From positions 32,001-96,000 of the forward strand of contig CAWDOD010000008.1 in the NCBI GenBank assembly GCA_963803805.1: a stretch of 64,000 nt of DNA. The letters run 5' to 3'. The notes beneath the pieces are model-generated. The model saw only the letters and a program-made list of their open reading frames with translations, searched no databases and was not told the origin of the DNA. Both the position numbers and the translations under genes were made by a program. The DNA is from an uncultured cyanobacterium. GTDB taxonomy: Bacteria > Cyanobacteriota > Cyanobacteriia > Cyanobacteriales > CAWCAG01. How positions within the stretch are numbered: the stretch's first letter is position 1; each line of letters opens with the position of its first letter. Positions 20,051-29,645 of this stretch are shown here, piece by piece.

Positions 20051-20773
20051 TTATTTAATTGATGCAGTAGTACCAATTCCTAATGACTCTGGTTGCTTAG
20101 ATAAGCGACCATCTTCCATATAAACAAGACGATCAGCAAGGTCTAAAATTCGATTATCGTGGGTTACTAGTAAGATTGTACAGCCTTGTTCTTTGGCTAA
20201 GTTGTGCATAATATCAACTACATCTCGCCCGGACTTTTTATCTAAGGCGGCGGTAGGTTCATCGGCAAGGACAATTTTAGGACGACTAACCAGGGCGCGG
20301 GCGATCGCAACCCTTTGTTTCTGTCCCCCTGATAAATCTGCTGGATAATAATTGAGCCTTTCTCCTAAACCAACCTCCGTTAACATTTGTGCTGCCCGGT
20401 GGTGACGTTCCTGCTTTGAGAAGATGCCGTGAACTTCTAATCCCATTTGCACATTTTCGAGGGCAGTTAAGCTACCGTGTAAATTATGGGCTTGGAAAAT
20501 GTAACCATTGTTTCGTCTGGCTTTTACCAAGTCATTCTCACTAGCCCCACAAATCTCATGGCCAACTACTTTTAGGCTACCAGATTGAGCGGAACGTAAG
20601 CCACCGATTAGGGTTAGTAGAGTTGTTTTACCAGATCCAGAAGGCCCCGTCATGATGACAATTTCCCCCACAGAAATCTTTAAATTAATATCAAATAACG
20701 CCTGTTTCCGGAGTTTGCCTGCTCCAAAGTAATGGTCAAGTTGATGGACGATAATTGAATATTCTTTTACCAT
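20051..20773 (-). CDS. devA: DevA-family ABC transporter ATP-binding protein
   Basis: GPSGSGKTT, LSGGQKQRVAIARAL, ADEPT, VTHD. Confidence 0.9.
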   Translation of the reverse strand: MVKEYSIIVHQLDHYFGAGKLRKQALFDINLKISVGEIVIMTGPSGSGKTTLLTLIGGLRSAQSGSLKVVGHEICGASENDLVKARRNNGYIFQAHNLHGSLTALENVQMGLEVHGIFSKQERHHRAAQMLTEVGLGERLNYYPADLSGGQKQRVAIARALVSRPKIVLADEPTAALDKKSGRDVVDIMHNLAKEQGCTILLVTHDNRILDLADRLVYMEDGRLSKQPESLGIGTTASIK

Positions 20774-20791
20774 GATTTGTTAATAAATTAG

Positions 20792-21967
20792 TTAAAAAAT
20801 ATCCGCCGGATCAGCAGATTGGAGTCGGCGAGTAGCGATTGCTCCTGATACGCCACACATTACAAAAGTAAGCAAGAGAACAATAATTGCTCGATTAATA
20901 GACATAGCTATAGGTAGTGCTGTTGCTACTGCGGTGAGTTGATAAGCACCTAGTGCAACCCCCAAACCGGGCAAAAACCCCAGCACCGATAAAATAACGG
21001 CTTCTTCAAAAACGATACCCAGTAAATAACTATTGCGATAGCCCATTGCTCTAAAGGTGGCATACTCAGCCAGATGGCTATTTACATCAGTAGAAAGTAC
21101 TTGATAGACAATCACTAAGCCGACAATAAACCCCATTGCTGAGCCTAAATTAAAGACAAAGCTAATGGGTGAGTCAGACTTGATCGAGGCAAGTTCAAAG
21201 TCAACATACCCCTCATTGGTTAACACCTGCACATCTTCGGGCAAATGCGCTGCTAAGGCTTCTCTCACTTGCTCTAGGTCATACCCTGCTTCTAAGCGAA
21301 TTAGCCCCAGGCTAATGCTTCCCGCTTCTTGCTTGGGAAACAGCCGTAAAAAGTTTTGATCGCTGGTAATTAGTGCGCCATCATCAGCAAAGGATGCACC
21401 AACTTTAAACAGCCCAACTATGTCAACGGTTCGTAGTCCAATTTCTGTGGTTGCTATCTCACCCTGTTTAATCTTCTCAATCATTTCCTGGTAGTTTCCC
21501 CGTGATGCCTGATCAAATAAAACGGTATCTGGCATTTTGATGATCTCTAGTTGCTGATTGATCTCCGGTAGTTTGAAGGCTGGCTGATTGGGGTTTTGCC
21601 CCACCAGCAGCATGGAAGTTTTTTTGCGAGTTTGAGGATTTCGCCATTGCACTGAGCCAATGTATAAAGCATCAACAGAAGCGACACCTGGCACGTCTTG
21701 AGCCTGATAAAGTCGCCGCCTGGTGAAGGTGCGTAGTTGCCCAAAGTTCTTTGCTTGGGTACTAATCAAAACCAAGTCTGTTTGGAGAATACGGGGATAT
21801 TGGGTGTTACTTTTGAAAAGGGCATCGGCAAACCCAAGCTGCATAAAAATTAGTATGTCGGCAAAGGTAATCCCGGCGATCGCAGTTAATAATCTAATAG
21901 GGTCATGTTTAAGCTGAAGCAGCCCCAAGGGAGTACGCTGTTGTAGGGTTTTAATAAAATTAAGCAT
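20792..21967 (-). CDS. devC: DevC-family ABC transporter permease
   Basis: AIAGITFADILIFMQLGF, EYATFRAMGY, ADPADIF terminus. Confidence 0.9.
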   Translation of the reverse strand: MLNFIKTLQQRTPLGLLQLKHDPIRLLTAIAGITFADILIFMQLGFADALFKSNTQYPRILQTDLVLISTQAKNFGQLRTFTRRRLYQAQDVPGVASVDALYIGSVQWRNPQTRKKTSMLLVGQNPNQPAFKLPEINQQLEIIKMPDTVLFDQASRGNYQEMIEKIKQGEIATTEIGLRTVDIVGLFKVGASFADDGALITSDQNFLRLFPKQEAGSISLGLIRLEAGYDLEQVREALAAHLPEDVQVLTNEGYVDFELASIKSDSPISFVFNLGSAMGFIVGLVIVYQVLSTDVNSHLAEYATFRAMGYRNSYLLGIVFEEAVILSVLGFLPGLGVALGAYQLTAVATALPIAMSINRAIIVLLLTFVMCGVSGAIATRRLQSADPADIF

Positions 21968-21981
21968 ATAGCAACTCCTGA

Positions 21982-23175
21982 TTACTCAACTCTAATGGTG
22001 GCAGTAACTTGCAGGTTAGTCAGTCCGGCCACTTTTTCACTCTTAGCCCCATCAAGTTCGATGTGAACTTCAATAACTTTGGCATCAATATTAGCAGCAG
22101 GATCTTCATTAACAACCTGTTGTTTTTCTACCTGTAAGCCAATTTGTTCAACTTTTCCTTGGAGTGTTTCAGGAATCACAGGTGATTTAATCTCAGCAGT
22201 TTGACCAATCTTAATTTTATTAATGTCACTTTGATAAACTTCAGCAATCACCATCATTTGCTGGGTTTGTCCCAAGGTGGCAATCCCCTCCTCAGCAATT
22301 TTTTCACCAGGGCGGGTGTGAATCTTCATAACTTGACCTGCACGGGGCGATCGCACCTCAGCTTGATCTAAATCTATTTTAGCTTCCGCAACTGCCGCCA
22401 GAGCCGATTGTACTTCTGCTATCGCCGCTGCTACATCTACCGGACGAACTTCTACAATCTGCTCAAGTGTAGCCTTCGCTTGAGCAATTTGCTTGTCACT
22501 GGTGGTTTGAATCCGCTTCAAGGCGGCTTGAGCTTCCTGGAGTTGTTGTTGGGTGGTAGTGTAGGTAAGTTGCCGTGCATCGCGCTCAGAGGCGGAAATT
22601 GCCCCCTGCTGATATAGGGATTCGTACCGTTGGTATTCAATACGGGCATTTTGCATTTCTGCCTCTAGACGATTGATGGTGGCACTTTGGGTATTCAAGT
22701 TACCAACCTGGTCAGCCTCTATTCTGGAAATTTCAGCGCGTTGTGCCTGGATTTCACCTGATTTGGCCCCGGCTTTTACCTGAGCTAGTTTTGTTTCGGC
22801 AATTTCAACCTGTTCCTTCGCTTTTTGCAAAGTAGCCTGTAAGCGATCGCGATTATCCAAAACAGCAATTACTTGTCCTGGCTGGACAAGATCCCCCTCT
22901 TTAATTAACAGTTCCTTGATGCGGCTTGTTTGGCTAGAACTTGATGCGGTAAGATTAATGACTTCACCCTCTGGCTCCAACCGCCCCAAGGCTGTCACTG
23001 TTTTGATTTTAGGTACAGGGGCAACCTTGGTTTGGGCTTCCTCCACTTGGGCAAAGCGAAATTGCCAAACTCCCCAAGCTGAAGCTCCAAATAGCCCTAA
23101 GAGAACTAAAATTAGTAGCCAGTTGCGAGGAATTTTTGAAGATGGGGTCTGGTTGCCCAAAGCCTCGGTATTCAT
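21982..23175 (-). CDS. devB: DevB-family membrane fusion protein
   Basis: VTALGRLEPEGEVI, coiled coil, AEVYQSDI, LTNLQV; ATG at 23175. Confidence 0.9.
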   Translation of the reverse strand: MNTEALGNQTPSSKIPRNWLLILVLLGLFGASAWGVWQFRFAQVEEAQTKVAPVPKIKTVTALGRLEPEGEVINLTASSSSQTSRIKELLIKEGDLVQPGQVIAVLDNRDRLQATLQKAKEQVEIAETKLAQVKAGAKSGEIQAQRAEISRIEADQVGNLNTQSATINRLEAEMQNARIEYQRYESLYQQGAISASERDARQLTYTTTQQQLQEAQAALKRIQTTSDKQIAQAKATLEQIVEVRPVDVAAAIAEVQSALAAVAEAKIDLDQAEVRSPRAGQVMKIHTRPGEKIAEEGIATLGQTQQMMVIAEVYQSDINKIKIGQTAEIKSPVIPETLQGKVEQIGLQVEKQQVVNEDPAANIDAKVIEVHIELDGAKSEKVAGLTNLQVTATIRVE

Positions 23176-23217
23176 AAAGCTTATTCCCAAGATAGAAAGT
23201 ATTATAATATTTTAATT

Positions 23218-23236
23218 TTACTAAACGGTTTAGTAA
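23218..23236. promoter_or_regulatory. Putative TetR operator
   Basis: Perfect palindrome TTACTAAAC-G-GTTTAGTAA between divergent devB and the TetR gene. Confidence 0.75.
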
Positions 23237-23288
23237 TGTCAACTATGTTTTTGAGTAAAATGGGAAAATAGGGTATTACCATTATTCT

Positions 23289-23924
23289 TTGTGGGTTAAT
23301 TGCGTGAATCGTTCTAGTAAAAATAAATCAGATAAAGCGGAAGTGATTTTAGCTGGTGCGTTGCAAGTATTCACCAAGCATGGCTACGCGGCGGCCAGTA
23401 TGGATCGCATTGCCTCAGCCGCAGGTGTATCTAAACCTACCCTATATAGCTACTTTCAAGATAAGGAAGGCTTGTTTATCAATTTGATGCAGCAACTGAC
23501 CCAAAAGAGCAATGAGATAGTTTTTAGCCTGCGAACTAACCCTGATTTGCCAATTCCTCCTGATCAGGTACTACGTCAAATTGCAACTTCAGTACTAGAA
23601 GAGTTTTCTCATAATCAACAGCTTTTAACTTTGATGCGATTAATTATCGGCGAGTCGGAGAGGTTTCCTGAATTAGCTCGAACCTTTATGATAGAAATAG
23701 AAAAACCCCTATTAGAACAACTCTCTTTCTACTTAAAATCTCAACCTCAACTGAAATTGCCTGATCCTATGGTTGCAGCGAGGATTTTTGCTGGTTCTAT
23801 AGTACATTACCTGATTGTGCAAAATATCCTGCAAGGTAAGGATATTTTGCCTTTAGAGCGCGATCGCATGGTTAATGGTTTAGTTCACCTGATCATGGCT
23901 AGTAGTCTGTCTATTGGAAATTGA
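23289..23924 (+). CDS. TetR/AcrR family transcriptional regulator
   Basis: ILAGALQVF..HGYAAASMDRIASAAGVSKPTLYSYFQDKEGLF HTH. Confidence 0.95.
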   Translation: MWVNCVNRSSKNKSDKAEVILAGALQVFTKHGYAAASMDRIASAAGVSKPTLYSYFQDKEGLFINLMQQLTQKSNEIVFSLRTNPDLPIPPDQVLRQIATSVLEEFSHNQQLLTLMRLIIGESERFPELARTFMIEIEKPLLEQLSFYLKSQPQLKLPDPMVAARIFAGSIVHYLIVQNILQGKDILPLERDRMVNGLVHLIMASSLSIGN

Positions 23925-23996
23925 TGGGGAAATAGTATCTTCAAAACTTATTACTTCTTGCTTCCCCAAACAAGCTACTACTTTTTAATCACTAGA

Positions 23997-24983
23997 TCAA
24001 GGTGTCTTCCAAATACGTTGGTGATAATCTTTGGGTTTAGCGTAGGGATCGCTATCACTATGATGATGGTGGTGATGCCCCTGTTCATGATGTTCATGGG
24101 ACTGTCCCTCTACTGCGGCAAGACGAAACTTACACATCTCACAATTCATAGCAACTTTACCTAACTGCGCTTCAATTTCTCGTTCCCTAATCACCTGTAA
24201 TAGTTGGGGTGCAATACCCATCTCTGGCAAACAAGTAAAATCAAGATCGGGATACTGTTCTTCTTGTTGGGCGGTAATGTTGAAGATTTTCTCCATTAAA
24301 GTTCCTGTAAACAAGAAATAAGGCAAAACAATAATCCGTTTTGCTTGATAGAAATAAGCACGACGAAAGCCTTCTTCTAAGCGAGGGTGAGTAATACCAA
24401 TAAAACAGGTTTCTACTGTTTTGTAACCACTCCCTTCCCAGATAATCCTCCCTAGTTTGCACACATCTCCGTTAGCATCGGGATCACTCGAACCTCTACC
24501 TACAAATAACAAAACAGTATCACTACGGGAGATATTGTCAGGATTATTTTGGGGTGTATCTAATTGGGCTAGGCGATCGCGCCACAGTTCAATAATTTTG
24601 GGGGTAATGCCAAAGTGACGACCATAATTGAAGTTTAACTGAGGATAAGGCGATCGCGCCCTGTCTAATTCGTTGGTAACATCAAATTTGTTATGCCTAG
24701 CCGCAAATAATAAAATTGGCAGGGCCGTAATTTCTGTGTAGCCTTGTTGAATACAAGCGTCTACTGCTTTTTGAATTGTTGGTTGAGTTAGCTCTAAAAA
24801 ACAAGGAATAACCGGACGAGAAGTGTCTAGTTTTTGGTAGGTTGCCACAAAATCAAGAAAGGTTTGTCTCCCTTGTTCATTTCTTGTACCATGACCAATG
24901 GCAAGTAAAGGTCTTTGATAGGGTAAAGGGGTCAATTGCAGTGAGTTAAAAACAGATTGGTTGAAAGAATTAGCCGTAAGCAT
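23997..24983 (-). CDS. cbiX: Sirohydrochlorin cobaltochelatase CbiX (long form)
   Basis: [29 protein letters not shown] Fe-S motif and His-rich tail. Confidence 0.93.
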   Translation of the reverse strand: MLTANSFNQSVFNSLQLTPLPYQRPLLAIGHGTRNEQGRQTFLDFVATYQKLDTSRPVIPCFLELTQPTIQKAVDACIQQGYTEITALPILLFAARHNKFDVTNELDRARSPYPQLNFNYGRHFGITPKIIELWRDRLAQLDTPQNNPDNISRSDTVLLFVGRGSSDPDANGDVCKLGRIIWEGSGYKTVETCFIGITHPRLEEGFRRAYFYQAKRIIVLPYFLFTGTLMEKIFNITAQQEEQYPDLDFTCLPEMGIAPQLLQVIREREIEAQLGKVAMNCEMCKFRLAAVEGQSHEHHEQGHHHHHHSDSDPYAKPKDYHQRIWKTP

Positions 24984-25030
24984 TAGTTTAGATTAGCTCC
25001 ATTTTCTGGAAACTAGTATAGTAGCAATTT

Positions 25031-25747
25031 ATGATGATTCGACGTTTATTAATGCTAAGCCTGTTAACAGGGCTAGCTTCCTGTGCCATGTCTAATCAGT
25101 CTGAGACAAGCGATCGCGTCCCCCAATCTTCTTCAGTTGAACCAGCACAATCTTTGAGTTTACCGGATATACAATGTCGAGGTGAGATTCCTGAAGCACT
25201 ACAAAAAGAGTTCGGAGAATATCGCCTCGCCCAACCTAATGATTTTATCCCTATTATTCAAGAGTTTGATCAAGAAACTGCCCCCCCAGGCAGAGAGAAA
25301 ATTACTTACACCTGTAGCCTTTTCACGGCTGATTTCAATCAAGACGAAAAACTAGATTATGCCGCATTGCTAGTAAATCCTCAAACCCAAACTGCCCAGT
25401 TTCGATTAGCCCTTAACCAAGGAGGGGATACATTTGCCAACGTTGTGGTTAGAGATTATGTTAAACCGCCACAGCCAATTACTGAAACCCTTTATGTAGC
25501 TATGTTTCTCAAGGCTTCAGGAGAAAAGGGAGTCGCCGAAAGAGAATATTTTCCCCTTAAGGTGGGGACTGCTGAACGGGAAGTCTTTATTAATAGTACA
25601 GCAATTGAGGTTTGGTTATCTCCTTATCAATTTGGAAATTTCCCTTCTCAATATGAAGAGGAGGACTTGAATGATGCGGTGGGGTATGGATCTGAAGTGT
25701 TTTATTTTGTTGATGGTCAACTCAAAACTGTTAGCGTTGCTGATTGA
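25031..25747 (+). CDS. Hypothetical lipoprotein
   Basis: Lipobox LASC; ADFNQDEKLDYA Ca-binding-like motif. Confidence 0.75.
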   Translation: MMIRRLLMLSLLTGLASCAMSNQSETSDRVPQSSSVEPAQSLSLPDIQCRGEIPEALQKEFGEYRLAQPNDFIPIIQEFDQETAPPGREKITYTCSLFTADFNQDEKLDYAALLVNPQTQTAQFRLALNQGGDTFANVVVRDYVKPPQPITETLYVAMFLKASGEKGVAEREYFPLKVGTAEREVFINSTAIEVWLSPYQFGNFPSQYEEEDLNDAVGYGSEVFYFVDGQLKTVSVAD

Positions 25748-25847
25748 ATAGCAGTATTTATTCTTGGCAAAGGTAAAAGTAATCTTGACTGCCTCAGTTA
25801 GAATACGAGTATATTTCAGTTAAAATATTCATCCTGCTAAGCCAATC

Positions 25848-27458
25848 ATGAAACTTCGCTGCTGGTTTGTACTGTCTAGCGTTCTTGTTTTATTTTTATC
25901 TAGTTGCAGTCAATTTCAAAAATCTCTCAAACCCAGAGAAGGAGATGTAGTTTATATTTCTAGTTATTTTGATAATGGTGGACGCTTAGTTAATCACTTT
26001 GTCTCTGGTGATGTCACTGCTATAGATGAACTGTCCAATAGTTATGGCATGACTTATAGTGCAACGGAAGTGGGGGCGCAGGTTAGTACTTTTAAGTGGG
26101 GTATTCCCACTAATCTTTATGTGGCTAATCGTCCTGAAATTTCTGGGGAAGTTGTTGCGGAAACTCTGACGGCGGACAATTTTCTTAATGAGGGTAATAA
26201 CTTTTTTGCTGAAGGGCGTTATCAAGAGTCAGTAGCTTCATACGACAAAGCCCTAGAAATTAAACCTGATTACCATGAGGCTTGGTATAATCGTGGCATT
26301 TCCCTAGCGAAATTAGAGAAGTATTCAGAGGCAGTGGCTTCCTACGACAAAGCCCTGGAAATTAAACCTGACAAACATGAAGCTTGGTATAATCGCGGCA
26401 TTTCCCTACATAACTTAGGGAAGTATTCAGAGTCAGTAGCTTCCTACGACAAAGCCCTGGAAATTAAACCTGACAAACATGAAGCTTGGTATAATCGCGG
26501 CATTTCCCTACATAACTTAGGGAAGTATTCAGAGTCAGTAGCTTCCTACGACAAAGCCCTGGAAATTAAACCTGATAAACATGAAGCTTGGTATAATCGT
26601 GGCATTTCCCTAGATAACTTAGGGAAGTATTCAGAGTCAGTAGCTTCCTACGACAAAGCCCTGCAAATTAAACCTGATTACCATGAAGCTTGGTATAATC
26701 GCGGCATTTCCCTAGATAACTTAGGGAAGTATTCAGAGTCAGTAGCTTCCTACGACAAAGCCCTGCAAATTAAACCTGATAAACATGAAGCTTGGAATAA
26801 TCGTGGCAATTCCCTACATAACTTAGGGAAGTATTCAGAGGCAGTGGCTTCCTACGACAAAGCCCTGCAAATTAAACCTGACTTCCATGAAGCTTGGTAT
26901 AATCGTGGCATTTCCCTAGATAACTTAGGGAAGTATTCAGAGGCAGTGGCTTCCTACGACAAAGCCCTGCAAATTAAACCTGATAAACATAATGCTTGGT
27001 ATGGTCGTGGCAATTCCCTATATGAGTTAGGGAAGTATTCAGAGGCAGTGGCTTCCTACGACAAAGCCCTGCAAATTAAACCTGATAAACATAATGCTTG
27101 GTATGGTCGTGGCAATTCCCTATATGAGTTAGGGAAGTATTCAGAAGCAGTAGCTTCCTATGATAAAGCACTGGAGATTAAACCTGATTTCCATGAGGCT
27201 TGGAATAATCGCGGCGTTTCATTAGAGAAACAAGAAAAGTACTCAGATGCTTTGGATTCCTATGATAAAGCTTTGGAGATTAAACCTGACAAACACGAGG
27301 CTTGGAATAATCGCGGCCTTTCATTAGAGAAACAAGAAAAGTTTGATGAAGCTCTGGAGTCTTATGAAAAAGCTATAGAGATTAAGCCTGATTATCAATT
27401 AGCCATCAACAACCGCAAAAATCTACTCCAAAAACTAGGGCGTTCTCCCTCTGAATAA
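25848..27458 (+). CDS. Lipoprotein with 12 tetratricopeptide repeats
   Basis: Lipobox LSSC; 34-aa repeats AWYNRG..L..LGKYSEAVASYDKALEIKPD. Confidence 0.93.
   Translation: MKLRCWFVLSSVLVLFLSSCSQFQKSLKPREGDVVYISSYFDNGGRLVNHFVSGDVTAIDELSNSYGMTYSATEVGAQVSTFKWGIPTNLYVANRPEISGEVVAETLTADNFLNEGNNFFAEGRYQESVASYDKALEIKPDYHEAWYNRGISLAKLEKYSEAVASYDKALEIKPDKHEAWYNRGISLHNLGKYSESVASYDKALEIKPDKHEAWYNRGISLHNLGKYSESVASYDKALEIKPDKHEAWYNRGISLDNLGKYSESVASYDKALQIKPDYHEAWYNRGISLDNLGKYSESVASYDKALQIKPDKHEAWNNRGNSLHNLGKYSEAVASYDKALQIKPDFHEAWYNRGISLDNLGKYSEAVASYDKALQIKPDKHNAWYGRGNSLYELGKYSEAVASYDKALQIKPDKHNAWYGRGNSLYELGKYSEAVASYDKALEIKPDFHEAWNNRGVSLEKQEKYSDALDSYDKALEIKPDKHEAWNNRGLSLEKQEKFDEALESYEKAIEIKPDYQLAINNRKNLLQKLGRSPSE
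26175..27398 (+). repeat. Twelve 102-bp coding tandem repeats (TPR array)
   Basis: Central copies nearly identical at DNA level. Confidence 0.92.
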
Positions 27459-27486
27459 AAACTTACTAAACCATACTTTGTTGTCC

Positions 27487-28068
27487 CTACTTCCTATCTT
27501 CCTCTGCCAACAAATCCTGCAAGTTCACCTCTGGAAAATCCGGCGATAAACCCTTAACATTCTTCCCATTCTTATTCTGATAAACTCCATCTCCTCCAGC
27601 CAAAGCTGCTGTCATCTCTTTAAGGGTTATGTATGGATCAGCACCAGGTTTCAAAGTAACCAACAGGGGACAGTTACTATCACCACTCACCTTTGTATGA
27701 GCGCAATTCATATACTGCTTAGGAGTTGCCGGATCATCACGATAGGACAGCTTTGTTAAACCATCCTCACGATAGCCTTCTAACTTACTAGCAATTTCTT
27801 GGCATCTTTTTGAAGGTGTAAAATTTCCCCCCAAAGTTGTCACCATTTTTAACCAAGGTCTATCTATATCGTTTTTGCGATACATCACCGTCCAAACTTC
27901 CCCACCCTTAACAGTATCCGGGCGTAGTTCACAGGAAAAGCGGTCATTCTTACCAAAAAGTACCGGAATCCAAACATCTTTTAAAGTAACGCCTGCAACA
28001 GCAACACCAAGACCAAGAATAGCAATAATTAAATTTACGGGTTAGAGCCAGCTTTTCTTCTGAGACAT
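27487..28068 (-). pseudogene. COP23-domain protein with in-frame TAA at codon 9 (28044-28042)
   Basis: ATG at 28068 is in frame with the 27888 ORF; reads MSQKKSWL*PVNLIIAILGLGVAVAG...RFSCEL...TPSKRCQEIA...CPLLVTLKPGADP. Confidence 0.72.
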
Positions 28069-28756
28069 AATCAATCGCTAGACAACCTATCTAGTCAACA
28101 ATGCTTATTTCTCTAGGATAGCTCGTTCAAAAATTGATAATTAATGTTTATTGATTAATAGGTTTAAGGTTTCTTTGAGGAAGTTTTTTTGAAGAGTAAG
28201 AATCTGTTTGAAAAACTGCTTTTTAGGACGCACCTTTTCCACCATGTACATAATACCATGTCAAGGGCGCTTAGCAACAGGCAAAAACTACTATTTAACC
28301 CATTTAATCAGTTAGCAAAATTATATAAGTAATAATTTAACTACATTAAATATGCGATTAAACATTTTGAAGTTTACATAACTTCAACTAAAAATTTGTC
28401 AACCCCCCAAGGTGCTTGCAAAGAACGCATTTACGTGGTTTAATGGGAAAATCAAAAAATCACTGTGGCCTTTTATGTCCAAAATTAAGCTTCGGTTTAT
28501 ACAACCTCGATAAACCGTTAATTAAGAGATGATTCCGAGAGAAATTACAGCGATGGGAAATTCTTGGATTAACAAATTTTGAGGCGATTTTAAAAGTTTT
28601 TTTGACTTATTTTCAGTTTAATGGTACACAAACTAGACTTAATTCTCAGATCCAAAATCAATACAAATAACAATTGAAGTTAACAAGCATACTCAAGAAG
28701 CGATCGCAGAACTAATAAGTATGCCTGTAGCAAATCTAATTCAATCGGCTAATCTC

Positions 28757-29149
28757 TTATCCTTTACCAAAAAGTCGTTTTAAAGGATTTGAAGCGATTC
28801 GCCCTAACCCACGAGGAATCTTTTTCTGTGCCGCTTGAACCGGATCTGGATCTGTAAAGATTTTGACTGCGCGATCGCGGAGTTGGTCACTCTGATTCTG
28901 ATCGGTAGATACCAGAGTTGCGGCCGGCTCATCATTGCCTTGGGTATCATTTAAAGCAGCATAGTAAGCCTTATCTAAACTGGGGATACTAGCGGCGATT
29001 GTCGGTAACTCTACGACCCGATTATCTAGATTTTGGCCAATAGCATAAAGCTGTTTTTGTAGACCTTCTGGTAAAGATTCATCTTGCTGAGCGAGGGCGC
29101 TCAAAAAAGCGGTTAGGCTTTTTTCTTGTTGGGGATTAAAAAGTGACAT
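28757..29149 (-). CDS. Hypothetical protein
   Basis: 130 aa ORF, ATG start, helical composition, contains HIP1. Confidence 0.75.
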   Translation of the reverse strand: MSLFNPQQEKSLTAFLSALAQQDESLPEGLQKQLYAIGQNLDNRVVELPTIAASIPSLDKAYYAALNDTQGNDEPAATLVSTDQNQSDQLRDRAVKIFTDPDPVQAAQKKIPRGLGRIASNPLKRLFGKG

Positions 29150-29436
29150 AGTTAAAGAGCCATTCTAACGAAAAAAGTGATTCTAGAAGAACCAGGTTAG
29201 AAAACTCCTGACGGAGAAAATGGACATCCTTTTTAAGATGGCAACTTTACTGCTCGTGTGATGTTCTTAACCGAATTCCTTTTAAAGAACCACCTTACTT
29301 GATAGTAAGAAACTTCACGTTCTTTGATCCTAGATTGTCACAAATATATCACTTCGGGTGTAGAGTCATCCTTGTCTTCTCTAACCTATTACTTAGTCAA
29401 ACAGACACAAAATAATGGGAGGCTTACACCAATTCC

Positions 29437-29645
29437 GTAGGGTGTGTTAGTGCGGCCAAAATTCTTGATAAATCAGTAAAATTCAATTCAGCACGTAACG
29501 CACCGCCAACAAGTTTAAAAGGCAGGATAATAATGGAAAAATCTGCTAATTCAACCTGTATTTATCATGATGGGAGCGGTGCGTTACGGCGGATAAAATA
29601 TTGTTGATTTAAACCCATTTTGTCATGCCGCCTAACACACCCTAC
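29437..29645 (+). mobile_element. 209-bp REPIN/MITE-like element (two inverted GTAG-REP hairpins)
   Basis: Termini GTAGGGTGTGTTAG...CTAACACACCCTAC; inner GTAACGCACC/GGTGCGTTAC; homolog at 49157-49365. Confidence 0.8.

Noticed and set aside
24040..24150. His-rich tail and CxxC of CbiX as a novelty
   Set aside because: Established features of long-form cyanobacterial CbiX.
26175..27398. Possible diversity-generating retroelement target
   Set aside because: No reverse transcriptase or separate template repeat in the window, and differences are not adenine-specific.
28080..28750. AT-rich spacer with a possible IS5-like end (GAATCTGTTTGAAAAACT near 28200) and small hairpins
   Set aside because: No matching second end and no convincing transposase translation; too weak to call.
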